Assembly: GCA_964405435.1 (NCBI GenBank)
Contig: CAYOOD010000065.1
Location: 1 to 43,440 of the forward strand
Source of the DNA: an uncultured bacterium
GTDB lineage: Bacteria; Cyanobacteriota; Cyanobacteriia; Cyanobacteriales; Oscillatoriaceae
DNA: 43,440 nt
Direction of reading: 5' to 3'
The notes beneath the pieces are model-generated. The model searched no databases. It was not told the DNA's origin and saw nothing but the letters and a program-made list of their open reading frames with translations. Position numbers and translations under genes: made by a program. Below, one piece after another: positions 1 through 9,359 of this stretch; within the stretch, counting starts at the first letter, position 1, and the number at the start of each line of letters is the position of its first letter.

Positions 1-49
1 GGACGGCATGATATTTTATCAGCTTTATCTGTAGCCGGATTTTAGAGAA

Positions 50-856
50 TTGGTAGTATTTTTACTTTTGCGCGATTTGATTCACGAACGCACGGGAGTC
101 AATTACGAAGATGGCAAGCGGGACATTTTGGCAGACAAACTGCTGCCCCGCGTCAGCGATCGCGGCTTGGACTCGTTTTTGGATTACTACTATCTCCTGA
201 AATACGACGCATCCGCCCCAGAAGAATGGAAACACGTCATGGATGCGATCTCCGTACCGGAAACTTATTTCTGGCGAGAGTTCGACCAAATTCAGGCCCT
301 CGTTAACGTGCTAGTGCCCCAGTATTTCGAGCTTCATTCTTCGGAACCCCTGCGCATTTGGAGCGCCGCTTGTTCCACAGGAGAAGAACCGCTCTCCGTG
401 GCGATGGCTCTGAACGAGCAAGGTTGGTTCTGGAAAGCGCCCATTGAAATTTATGCCAGCGATGCCAGCAAAAGCGCCATCGCCAAGGCGCGCGGAGGGC
501 TTTACCGAGAGCGCTCGTTCCGCACTTTGCCCCCAGCTATCAAGGAAAAATATTTTCGCGAAGAAAACGGAGCTTGGCGGGTGGCACCGGAGATTCACGC
601 CCGCATCAAGTGGACGACAGCAAATTTACTCGAAGAGTCGGAAGTAAAGCCGCTAGCCAAAGCTTCCGTCATATTTTGCCGAAACGTCTTCATTTACTTT
701 TCTGAAAAAACAATCCGCAAAACAGTGCGCTTATTTTGGGATGCCATGCCCGCTCCCGGTTATTTATTCGTGGGCGCGTCTGAATCCCTACTAAAGTTAA
801 CGAATGAATTTGAATTAGGAGAGATAAACGAGGCGTTTGTTTATGTCAAAAAATAA
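50..856 (+). CDS. cheR: Chemotaxis protein methyltransferase CheR. The start is uncertain: the ORF opens with TTG at 50, and an in-frame stop at 32-34 limits any N-terminal extension.
   Basis: Translation aligns along its length to E. coli CheR. It has the N-terminal helical domain ('LLRDLIHERTGV...KRDILADKL'), the SAM-binding motif 'IWSAACSTGEEPLSVAMAL' and a C-terminal 'IFCRNVFIYF' region. Confidence 0.85.
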   Translation: MVVFLLLRDLIHERTGVNYEDGKRDILADKLLPRVSDRGLDSFLDYYYLLKYDASAPEEWKHVMDAISVPETYFWREFDQIQALVNVLVPQYFELHSSEPLRIWSAACSTGEEPLSVAMALNEQGWFWKAPIEIYASDASKSAIAKARGGLYRERSFRTLPPAIKEKYFREENGAWRVAPEIHARIKWTTANLLEESEVKPLAKASVIFCRNVFIYFSEKTIRKTVRLFWDAMPAPGYLFVGASESLLKLTNEFELGEINEAFVYVKK

Positions 857-1215
857 CGGCCAAGCTAGCCGTATATTTGACCGATTGGCAAGGGCACAAA
901 CGATGGGAAGGAACGGGTCGTCGCAACCGACGGCTTTAATTTTTGCCTTCTCTGGTTGGAAGAACGCGGGCGCGGCACGCCCTTACAGCTATTCGGCAAA
1001 AAACCTGCTAAATTTTACAATCTGACAATCTCCGCGCTTTCAATCCCGAAACCGTACCCCTTTTTGAGCGCCAAAAAATGGCGGATAAAATTCGTGCTAA
1101 AATCAGTATAAAATCCGCAAGCAAATAACTTTCATCAGGCAGGAATGAAACGAAGCCCTAACAGCTAAAGGATAAAAATAAATGCTAAGTTCAAGCGCAA
1201 TAGGAGAAATACCTC

Positions 1216-2259
1216 ATGGATAGAGTCTTGAGAGTTTTAGTCGTGGACGATTCCGCTTATGTGCGCAAAGTCGTCAAGCAGATGCTCTCTCGCAGCCCGT
1301 TTATCGAAGTCGTCGGAATCGCGCGCGATGGATTGGAAGCGCTGGAAATGGTCGAGCAACTCCAGCCCGATGTGGTGACGCTAGACCTGATCATGCCCAA
1401 CAAAGACGGGGTGGACTTCGTGCGCGAGCAAATGGCCCGCCGTCCGGTGCCGATTATCGTCGTCAGCATTGCCAGTGAAGGCGGCGAACAGACGCTTGCC
1501 GCTCTCGATGCAGGGGCGGTGGATTTCGTGCAAAAGCCGACAGCGCTGGCGACGGAAAAGATCTTCGAGATCGGTGACGAACTGATCGCGAAAGTGAAAG
1601 CGGCTGCTAACGTGCCGCTGAACCGCTTGCCCTCGGTGCCAGTCAAGCAAAACGCCGCAGCGCCCCCGATCCCCGTACCGCGATCGGGAGGGATCGATCT
1701 CGTAGTCATAGGCATTTCTACTGGCGGGCCGCAAGCCTTGAGTTTCTTAATTCCGCAATTGCCTGCAAACCTTCCCGTGCCGGTGGCGATCGTGTTGCAC
1801 ATGCCGGTGGGTTATACAGAACTCTACGCGCGACGCCTCGATCAGCTATCCGCTCTGAAGGTGATCGAAGCGCGGGAAGGAGATGTGGCGATGCCAGGGG
1901 TGGTGCTGCTCGCGCCGGCTGGTCGGCACTTGACGTTTGTCCGCCAAGCAGACGGGAAGGTGGTCGCGCATCTGGACGCTCGACCTTTCGATACCCTCCA
2001 CCGCCCTGCGGTTGACGTCTTGTTTCAATCGGCGGCAGAGGTGTTTGACGATCGCGTCCTCGGTGTGGTGATGACCGGCATGGGTTCTGACGGCAAGCAA
2101 GGCGCGGCATGGATCAAATCTCGCGGCGGCTCGATTTTCACCGAAGCAGAGGAAACCTGCGTGGTTTACGGTATGCCCCGTTCCGTCGTTGAAGCCGGCT
2201 TGAGTGACAAGAGCGTACCCCTCCACGAAATGGCGCAAGCTATTTTAGAGAAACTGTAA
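1216..2259 (+). CDS. cheB: Chemotaxis response regulator protein-glutamate methylesterase CheB (REC + CheB_methylest)
   Basis: The N-terminal receiver has 'VLVVDDS...DVVTLDLIMPNKDG'. The C-terminal methylesterase carries the catalytic Ser in 'GISTGGPQAL', 'LHMP' and 'VMTGMGSDG'. A GGAG Shine-Dalgarno lies about 10 nt upstream of the ATG at 1216. Confidence 0.9.
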   Translation: MDRVLRVLVVDDSAYVRKVVKQMLSRSPFIEVVGIARDGLEALEMVEQLQPDVVTLDLIMPNKDGVDFVREQMARRPVPIIVVSIASEGGEQTLAALDAGAVDFVQKPTALATEKIFEIGDELIAKVKAAANVPLNRLPSVPVKQNAAAPPIPVPRSGGIDLVVIGISTGGPQALSFLIPQLPANLPVPVAIVLHMPVGYTELYARRLDQLSALKVIEAREGDVAMPGVVLLAPAGRHLTFVRQADGKVVAHLDARPFDTLHRPAVDVLFQSAAEVFDDRVLGVVMTGMGSDGKQGAAWIKSRGGSIFTEAEETCVVYGMPRSVVEAGLSDKSVPLHEMAQAILEKL

Positions 2260-2570
2260 GCGAACTTCTGGATCGAGGCTTTTCTGGAGAAGCAGGAAAG
2301 AGAGGGAGGCGAGAACCAAACTATAGAGAAAAACCTGGCAGGCTACTTCTGCTAGTTGTCTCGAAAACTTGCTCGATCGATTTCCCCTGAGAAAGGAGAA
2401 CTCCCCTAGTTTTTCCTTTTCTTTTTTTCTTGTCTCTTTCAGCGGGTAGTCGCCAATTTTTGTAAAAAAGAAAAAATTTTTTCTTGAATTTATTTCTCCC
2501 GCTCTCCTTCTTCCTCTCTCCCCCGTTGCCCGATCGCTTGCTGTCCCGGAAGCTCCTACTATTGCCTTCA

Positions 2571-2577
2571 AAGGAGG
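2571..2577 (+). promoter_or_regulatory. Shine-Dalgarno AAGGAGG for the CheC-like gene
   Basis: Perfect SD 6 nt upstream of ATG 2584. Confidence 0.6.
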
Positions 2578-2583
2578 TTGATA

Positions 2584-3237
2584 ATGCTACTGACCAACCG
2601 ACAGAAAGACGCTCTGATAAAATTTATGAATATTGCCCTCGATCGCAGCGCTGTTTCTCTTTCAGAACTCGTCGGCGTGCGCGTGCGGCTGGAATTGCCG
2701 GAGGTTTACCTGCACCCAGCCAGCGGGTTGGCAACCCACCTCTCCGGTTTTGCAGACAGCGATATAGCAACCGTAAGTCAGATTTTCAAAGGCTCCATGT
2801 CCGGCAATGCGCTCTGGCTGTTGAACTACAACAGCGCTGTAAAATTAATGAATTTGCTGAGCGATTGTCCCGACTTAGACGGGAAACCTCCAGACGTTTC
2901 GGCTTACGAAATGCTCACAGAAGTCGGAAATATCTTGTTGAATGCGTGTTTGGGAATGTTGGGCAACCTCCTCGACATGAAAGTCTTTTTTTCCATGCCG
3001 CTTTTGAATCTCCAGAAGCTCAACGTGCTGCTCAATTCTCTCGTCGCTGGCAAAAATGAATTGCGCTATTCCCTAACGGTGAAAACCACTTTGCACCTCT
3101 ACGAACATTCCGTGAGTGGTTATATTTCTGTGGTCTTGGGCGTTCCGTCCCTGTATCAGTTGATTAAAGCCATAGAAACTTGGGCAGACCTTTCGGTTCC
3201 GAATCAACCTGCCCAGAGCATTTCTTTCAATTCCTAA
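2584..3237 (+). CDS. CheC/CheX-like chemotaxis phosphatase family protein. Start taken as the ATG at 2584; the ORF track begins with TTG at 2578.
   Basis: AAGGAGG Shine-Dalgarno at 2571-2577 lies 6 nt before the ATG. It has two CheC-like helices: 'DALIKFMNIALDRSAVSLSELVG' and 'EMLTEVGNILLNACLGMLGNLL' (the E-x2-N signature). Family-level call only. Confidence 0.5.
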   Translation: MLLTNRQKDALIKFMNIALDRSAVSLSELVGVRVRLELPEVYLHPASGLATHLSGFADSDIATVSQIFKGSMSGNALWLLNYNSAVKLMNLLSDCPDLDGKPPDVSAYEMLTEVGNILLNACLGMLGNLLDMKVFFSMPLLNLQKLNVLLNSLVAGKNELRYSLTVKTTLHLYEHSVSGYISVVLGVPSLYQLIKAIETWADLSVPNQPAQSISFNS

Positions 3238-3425
3238 ATTTTCCCGATCGCAAAAGCTGTCGAGCGGCGCTTTTCCCGTACAGATAAGCGCGGGGCTGTG
3301 GCGCGCTCTCCAACACCAGCCAAAAAACTCTGCGATCGCCAAAAGCGCTCCGGCGGGGAAAGCACGTCCGATCGGCCCTATCGGCAGGGGAAAATGACTC
3401 GAGCAAGTCCCGGAGCGATCGCACT

Positions 3426-3695
3426 CTACAGATGGGGAGATCGGACGAGGGACTGCCGAGACACCAACTTCTCAAACTGAGCCTGAGTCTGCTGCAAGAG
3501 CTGCGCTCGACTATCCACCGCTTCGGTGAGCGTCGGAACCAAGTTGCGGGCTTGTAAAGTCATGTGGAGCTGAAGATGGGCCACATACTCGCAAATATCT
3601 TCCCGATCCGAATAGCTGGAGTTTTGAGACAGTTGCGCTTTCAAAGTGTTCTCCTTATCTCTGTGCCTTTTTTCAACACCCATAGAAGTTACCAT
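3426..3695 (-). CDS. Small hypothetical ORF, 45-89 aa depending on start. It may not be expressed.
   Basis: The only sizeable ORF in the 1.3-kb gap between the CheC-like gene and the histidine kinase. I recognise no family, and no convincing RBS. Confidence 0.15.
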   Translation of the reverse strand: MVTSMGVEKRHRDKENTLKAQLSQNSSYSDREDICEYVAHLQLHMTLQARNLVPTLTEAVDSRAQLLQQTQAQFEKLVSRQSLVRSPHL

Positions 3696-4565
3696 ATCTC
3701 CCGCCGCTGCTTATCGAACTGTAATAAAGCTTAACGTAACTCGCCAGGAAAGATTAAAAAAAGTAAAGGGAGTGGAGAAGAGAGAAGGGGGGAGTGCGGG
3801 CGGCAAGCGGTGAAAAGCGCCGAGTCTCGAGTCAAGGGGAGGGGGGGGAAAGCAGGAGGCGATCGGGCGCGTCCAAAGCCAGAGGCCAGATTAGCTGCAC
3901 ATACAGGGCGGACAAGTCCGAAGCGTCAAGCACCCTAAAAACGCCAATTTTCTTGCTATATTATACGCAGCAGCAGTATCGAACATGACTGAATCCCTAT
4001 GAGGGACTGAGATAAATTGTACCAACAGGCAGTATTTTTTGAGACGGGTTCACTCTCAAAAATCCGCCCCGCGCTTTTTGGCAGGATAAGAGACGAGAAC
4101 TGTACTAGCAGGAGCGCTGAAATTTTCCAGCCCGATTGTTTTCTCCCGAAGACCGAGCCGGATAGCGCTGCCAGTCAAACAGCCGCCCTCCTCAACCTGC
4201 TTTCAGCGTCGCGCCAGTTCTGCCTTGCCAGCGCAAGTGGGCGTAGCCCTGCGAGATTGGAAAAATTGTCTTAAATCCTTTTAAAGAATTATATAATCAA
4301 AAAGGGGGTTGTCAGGCCCCCGCAATAAATGCGCATTCATAAGTTTTGCGGAACCAGCCCCGAGGCGACAGCCCGATAGTGGATTAAATCGGTATTGGCG
4401 AATCAGTAATTAATTACCATTGCAGCGTCGCTTCCTTACGGCAAAAAGAATGCTTTCGCCGAAAAGTCGATGCAAGAGAGCTAAAGAATCTGTTAAAACT
4501 TTGAACAAGTGCAGGCTGCTTCCCGCACGGATGCCACCACTCATGCTCGTTATTGGACTTAACCC

Positions 4566-7238
4566 ATGTACGTCCCAGACAATCCAGAGCTGTTCGAGCT
4601 GTTTTTGAAACATACCCCTACTGCTGTGGCAATGGTCGATCGCCAGATGTGCTACCTGCTAACTTCTCAGCGGTGGCTGACTGATTGGGGTTTGAGCGGC
4701 TGCGAACTCATCGGTCGTTCTCATTACGAAGTGTTTCCCACCCTGAAAAACACTCGAGAAGAAGACGAAAGGGGAAAAAAGGAATTAATTTATCCAGAAG
4801 CAAAAGCTGAGGCACTCGGCGCGGCAGAGCGCTGGCGGCAAATCCAAGCCTCGTGTTTAGCGGGAGCAGTGGAGAGATGGCAAGAAGAGTGTTCGATCGG
4901 CGATCGAGAAGGGCTGCGAGTCAAGTGGGAGGCGCATCCTTGGAGGGCACAGAGCGGTGAAATCGGAGGGTTGATTCTGTTTGCAGAACAAGCAGGCAAC
5001 AGCGAATCGGACGATCGCGCTTTCCAAAGGAGCGCGGCGGCGGCAAAAGAACGAGCCCGTGCCGACGAAAACTCCCTGCGCCGGCAGAGCGAAGTTTTGG
5101 TGCAATTGTCGAAGAGCCCAACCCTAAAAGGCAGCAATCTCAAAGCTGCCCTCAGAGAAATTGCCTCGTCAGCGGCGGCGACGCTAGAAGTGAGTCGGGT
5201 GAGCGTGTGGCTGTATAGCAACTCCGACAAGCGAATTAAATGTATCGAAGTGTACGATCGCGAAAAAGGAAGTCACGGCAGCGGCGGAGATTTGCTCAGC
5301 GCCGCCGATATTGCGAATTGCTTGCAGGCATTAGAAACCGATCGGGCGATCGCCGCCACCAATGCCCGTCTCGACGCGAGCACGCGATCGTTTGCCGAAT
5401 TGTATCTCAGGGGCGGCGAAACCGCCGCGATGCTCAACGTTCCCATCCGCATCGGCGGGCAACTGGTAGGATTCATCTGTCACGAACAAGCCGGCAGGGA
5501 AAGGCGGTGGCTGTTAGGAGAAATCAATTTTGCCGCCTCTATCGGAGACTTTACCGCCCTCGCCTTGGAAAGCTGCGATCGCGCCAAAGCCAAAACCGCG
5601 CTCTTGCAAGCCAAAGACCAACTGCAAGCCGTTTTAGACGCCGTGCCCGGGTGCGTTTCCTGGTTCAGTTCCGACTTGAAATATCTGGGCGTCAACGGAT
5701 ATTTAGCCCAAACCTTCAACATGAAACCGGCAGAATTTGTCGGTAAAACCATAGGATTTTTGCACGGTTCTCCCGAATTTAACAACCTGGTGCCAGATTT
5801 TTTTGCTTCCCCAGAAAAAGAAGCCAGCCGAGAAATTGAAGTAGTTGTCAAAGAAGGGAAGCGATATTTTCTAGTCGTTTCTCAGAAATACCTAAACGGG
5901 AAGGCGGCGGTATTTGTGGGCTTCGACATCACCGATCGCAAGCAAGCCGAAAAAGCCCTGGCTGAGGCAAACGAAGCGCTGGAAATGAGAGTCGAACAGC
6001 GGACGAGAGACTTGAAAGACGCGATCGCGCAATTGCAAGAAGAAATCGAACACCGGCAGCAAATAGAAGAAGTGCGGAACGTCCTCGAATTCTCCATCAA
6101 CCAAGCAGCAGATGCCGTTTTCTGGCTGACGCCAGAGGCGCGATTTTTCTACGTCAACGATGCCGCCTGCCTTTCGCTAAACTACAGCCGAGAAGAACTC
6201 CTCTCGCTGACCTTGCACGATATCAACCCGGACATCCCCGCCGAAGTCTGGCCGGATTACTGGGACGAAATCAGAGAATTTGGCTCCGTCAGACTGGAAT
6301 CGAACCACTGCAGCAAAGAAGGGCAGATATTTCCGGTAGAAATTACTATCAATTATTTTCACGTCAACGGCAATGAATACAATTGCATTTTTGCCAGAGA
6401 TATCAGCGATCGCAAGCAAGTCGAATCAGAATTGTACCAAGCCAAACTCGCCGCCGAAGCCGCCAACCGAGCCAGAAGCTCTTTTCTGGCGAATATGAGC
6501 CACGAACTGCGCACCCCCTTAACCGCCATCATCGGCTACAGCGAACTGCTGCAAGAAGACCTGCAAGATCTGGGCATGAGCGATACAGATTTCATCCCCG
6601 ACTTGCAAGCCATCCACACGGCGGGCCAAAAGCTGCTGGCCCTGCTCAGCAACATCCTCGATTTCTCGAAAATCGAATCGGGGCAAATGGGGCTCGACCT
6701 CACCTCGTTCAGCGTCGCTCACCTGCTAGAAGAAGTCGAGAACATCATGCGCCCGCAGGTGGAGCAAGACGACAATACCCTAACCGTCACCTGTAACGAG
6801 GACGTGGGCAGCATGTACGCCGACTGGCACAAGGTGCAGCAGATTCTGTTTAATTTGCTCAGCAATGCCACCAAATTTACCGAAAACGGCACGATCTCCC
6901 TGGATGTCTATCGCCAAGACACCCCTGATTTCCGAGCCCTCCGATCGGGGGCCAGTCTCGCTCGCAGGGAGGCAAAAAACGCAGGCAGCGTCGATTCGTG
7001 GATTGCATTTCGAGTCAGCGACACCGGCATCGGCATCAGCCCAGAGCAGATCAAAACAATTTTCCAGGCATTTACCCAAGCAGACGAATCCACCACGCGC
7101 CGTTACGGCGGCACGGGCATGGGATTGGCTCTGAGTCGCAGCTTGTGCCAGATGATGGGCGGCGAGATCCTCGTCGAGAGCGAGCTCTCAGAGGGCTCGA
7201 CTTTTACGGTTTACCTGCCTGCGTGCGTTAACCAATAA
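4566..7238 (+). CDS. Multi-sensor histidine kinase with PAS, GAF, two PAS/PAC, HisKA and HATPase_c domains. It has no receiver.
   Basis: N-terminal PAS ('[24 protein letters not shown]'). GAF ('[11 protein letters not shown]...[17 protein letters not shown]'). H-box '[21 protein letters not shown]'. N box '[12 protein letters not shown]' and G boxes 'DTGIGIS' and '[13 protein letters not shown]'. Confidence 0.9.
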   Translation: MYVPDNPELFELFLKHTPTAVAMVDRQMCYLLTSQRWLTDWGLSGCELIGRSHYEVFPTLKNTREEDERGKKELIYPEAKAEALGAAERWRQIQASCLAGAVERWQEECSIGDREGLRVKWEAHPWRAQSGEIGGLILFAEQAGNSESDDRAFQRSAAAAKERARADENSLRRQSEVLVQLSKSPTLKGSNLKAALREIASSAAATLEVSRVSVWLYSNSDKRIKCIEVYDREKGSHGSGGDLLSAADIANCLQALETDRAIAATNARLDASTRSFAELYLRGGETAAMLNVPIRIGGQLVGFICHEQAGRERRWLLGEINFAASIGDFTALALESCDRAKAKTALLQAKDQLQAVLDAVPGCVSWFSSDLKYLGVNGYLAQTFNMKPAEFVGKTIGFLHGSPEFNNLVPDFFASPEKEASREIEVVVKEGKRYFLVVSQKYLNGKAAVFVGFDITDRKQAEKALAEANEALEMRVEQRTRDLKDAIAQLQEEIEHRQQIEEVRNVLEFSINQAADAVFWLTPEARFFYVNDAACLSLNYSREELLSLTLHDINPDIPAEVWPDYWDEIREFGSVRLESNHCSKEGQIFPVEITINYFHVNGNEYNCIFARDISDRKQVESELYQAKLAAEAANRARSSFLANMSHELRTPLTAIIGYSELLQEDLQDLGMSDTDFIPDLQAIHTAGQKLLALLSNILDFSKIESGQMGLDLTSFSVAHLLEEVENIMRPQVEQDDNTLTVTCNEDVGSMYADWHKVQQILFNLLSNATKFTENGTISLDVYRQDTPDFRALRSGASLARREAKNAGSVDSWIAFRVSDTGIGISPEQIKTIFQAFTQADESTTRRYGGTGMGLALSRSLCQMMGGEILVESELSEGSTFTVYLPACVNQ

Positions 7239-7614
7239 GCAGCAGGGAGGGGGGAGCTTTCAAAAGCGGGTGAGAGTGGGAGAAAAGAAAAATTTCCCCC
7301 CTTTTTTTCTCCCCCCGTCTCTCGCTGCTCGGGCGCGATCGCCTTCACAAAATATGTCGCGGCAAGTTAGAGTTTCATCTATGACAAATGCGGGCTTTTC
7401 TGTTGGCGGCGCTTTCCGGACTGGCTTTTCGCGCTCCTTCCGCTTGGAATCGGGCACTCCGGCGCTGCCTCCCGCGCGAAAAGTCCGCGAAAAAACACTC
7501 GCCGACGGTGCTGGCAGGCTGCACGCATCCCCGATAGAGCGCGATCGCGCGATCGCCTCCGACACCTTCCATTAAAAACTCCCTGCTCCCACAATCCCTC
7601 GAGTGGTTGTTGTT

Positions 7615-8874
7615 ATGGCCAACATTTTAGTGGTTGACGACGATTTGACCGTTCAATTAGTGCTGCAAGATTTGCTGGAGAGCGAAGGACACGAGGTAAC
7701 GGTCGCTCCAGACGGCTCAGAAGCCCTAGAATTGGCCCTGCGCCTGCATCCCGACGTGATGATTTGCGACTGGATGATGCCGGTCATCGACGGGATAGAA
7801 CTGTGCCGGCGCGTCAAAGCCTCTCCAGAACTGGCTGCTACTTTTTTCATCTTGCTCACCGCCCGCGAGCAGCTCTCCGATCGCGTCAAAGGGCTCGACG
7901 CCGGCGCTGACGAGTTCCTCTCCAAACCGATAGAAACTGAGGAATTGCTGGCGCGGGTGCGGGCGGGCTTGCGATCGCGTTCTCTCACCCTGCAGTTGAG
8001 CAAAACCTTGCAAGAATTGCAGCAAACGCAGGCGCAACTGGTGCAGAGCGAAAAAATGTCCTCCCTCGGGCAGCTCGTTGCCGGGATTGCCCACGAAATT
8101 AACAACCCCGTCACCTTCATCTACGGCAATCTCGCCCATGTAGAAAGCTATTCCGCAGAACTCATCGAGCTGCTGCAGCTTTACGAGGAACTCGTCCCCA
8201 ACCCGCCGGCAGCGATTCGCGACAAACTCGCCGCCCTTGACAAAGATTTTTTGATTCAAGACTTGCAAAAAGTCATCGATTCCATGCAAACCGGGGCCGA
8301 TCGCATCCGCCAAATTGTTTTATCCCTGCAAGATTTTTCCAGAAGCGATCGCGCTGGGTGGCAGATGGTGGACATTCACCAATGTCTCGACAATACTTTA
8401 GGGCTTTTGCAGCACCGCTTGCACTTTCCCGCCAGCGAAGCGGCTTCAAAGGCGCTAGAGAGTTCTGGCATTGAGGCGATCAAAAAATACGGCAACCTGC
8501 CCGAGGTAGAATGCTATGCGGGGGAATTGAATCAAGCATTTTTAAACATTCTTAACAATGCTATTGACGTTCTCAGCCAAAAAGACAAGCCGCGATCGCC
8601 TCGCATTACCATCACAACCGAAATAGCAGATGCCACTTCAGTCAGAATTCGGATTGCCGACAATGGAGCAGGCATGAGCGAATCCGTCAAATCTCGCATT
8701 TTTGACCCCTTCTTTACCACAAAACCCGTGGGCTCTGGCACGGGCTTGGGGCTGGCAATCTGCTACCAAATTATCGTCGCCCAGCATGGCGGAACCCTGC
8801 AATGCTTTTCCGAACCCGGACAAGGGTCAGAATTTTGCATTCAGCTTCCCACGCGCCCGAACCGGCATCCCTAG
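7615..8874 (+). CDS. Response-regulator receiver fused to a histidine kinase (REC-HisKA-HATPase_c). Start taken as ATG 7615; the ORF track starts at GTG 7603.
   Basis: Receiver 'ILVVDDDLTV...DVMICDWMMPVIDG...LSKP'. Coiled coil, then H-box 'LVAGIAHEINNPVTFIYGNL'. N box 'LNILNNAIDV', G boxes 'DNGAGMS' and 'GSGTGLGLAICYQII'. Confidence 0.85.
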   Translation: MANILVVDDDLTVQLVLQDLLESEGHEVTVAPDGSEALELALRLHPDVMICDWMMPVIDGIELCRRVKASPELAATFFILLTAREQLSDRVKGLDAGADEFLSKPIETEELLARVRAGLRSRSLTLQLSKTLQELQQTQAQLVQSEKMSSLGQLVAGIAHEINNPVTFIYGNLAHVESYSAELIELLQLYEELVPNPPAAIRDKLAALDKDFLIQDLQKVIDSMQTGADRIRQIVLSLQDFSRSDRAGWQMVDIHQCLDNTLGLLQHRLHFPASEAASKALESSGIEAIKKYGNLPEVECYAGELNQAFLNILNNAIDVLSQKDKPRSPRITITTEIADATSVRIRIADNGAGMSESVKSRIFDPFFTTKPVGSGTGLGLAICYQIIVAQHGGTLQCFSEPGQGSEFCIQLPTRPNRHP

Positions 8875-9359
8875 TGTTTGGTTAAGATTGTTGTGGAGGC
8901 TGGGTGGGAGGGTTGCCGGGAAAAGGGGGAGAGGGGGGGAGGGGGAGAGGGAAAAATGAAGTGGCTTGGCTTAATTAGCTGACAGAACAGTAGGCGCAGC
9001 AGGAAGCCGTCCAAAAGGAGAATGAAAAAGCTTTTATACAGCTATCAATCCTAATTTTTTTGCTCACTTTGGCTTTTTTTCGTTCGCGTCGGATGCTTGG
9101 CCAACTGCCTGACTGCTTATTTTCATACCTGCAAAACCGCTGGAGTTCTCGTGGGCCAAAATTCGGGGAGTTGACGATGACGTAACTGTTCTATTCAATT
9201 GTAGTGTGAGCGTCCAGCGCGCCCTCCTGAAAAAACGTCTTTTTACATGCCCAGGGATGCTCGCCTTGGATGATGCCGAAACTGGATGGATGAGAACTTT
9301 GCTGGCGGATCAAAGCCTCGCCAGAACTTGCGACAACTTTTTGTATGCAGGGGGTCATA

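Noticed and set aside
857-1215. 62-aa ORF 837..1025 between cheR and cheB
   Set aside because: It overlaps the cheR stop and the intergenic promoter region. It has no RBS or motif and is most likely non-coding.
1257-2238. Antisense ORFs of 117-181 aa inside cheB
   Set aside because: They are shadow ORFs on the opposite strand of a strongly supported GC-rich coding region. Their Arg/Pro/Gly-rich products have low complexity and no motif.
3794-3988. 64-aa ORF 'MRAASGEKRRVSSQGEGGESRRR...'
   Set aside because: It is simply the translation of a polypurine G-tract. It has no RBS and a low-complexity product.
5240-5746. 168-aa Arg-rich ORF in an alternative frame of the first histidine kinase
   Set aside because: It overlaps a confidently assigned PAS/GAF coding frame, and its poly-R/S/Q composition is a typical out-of-frame artefact.
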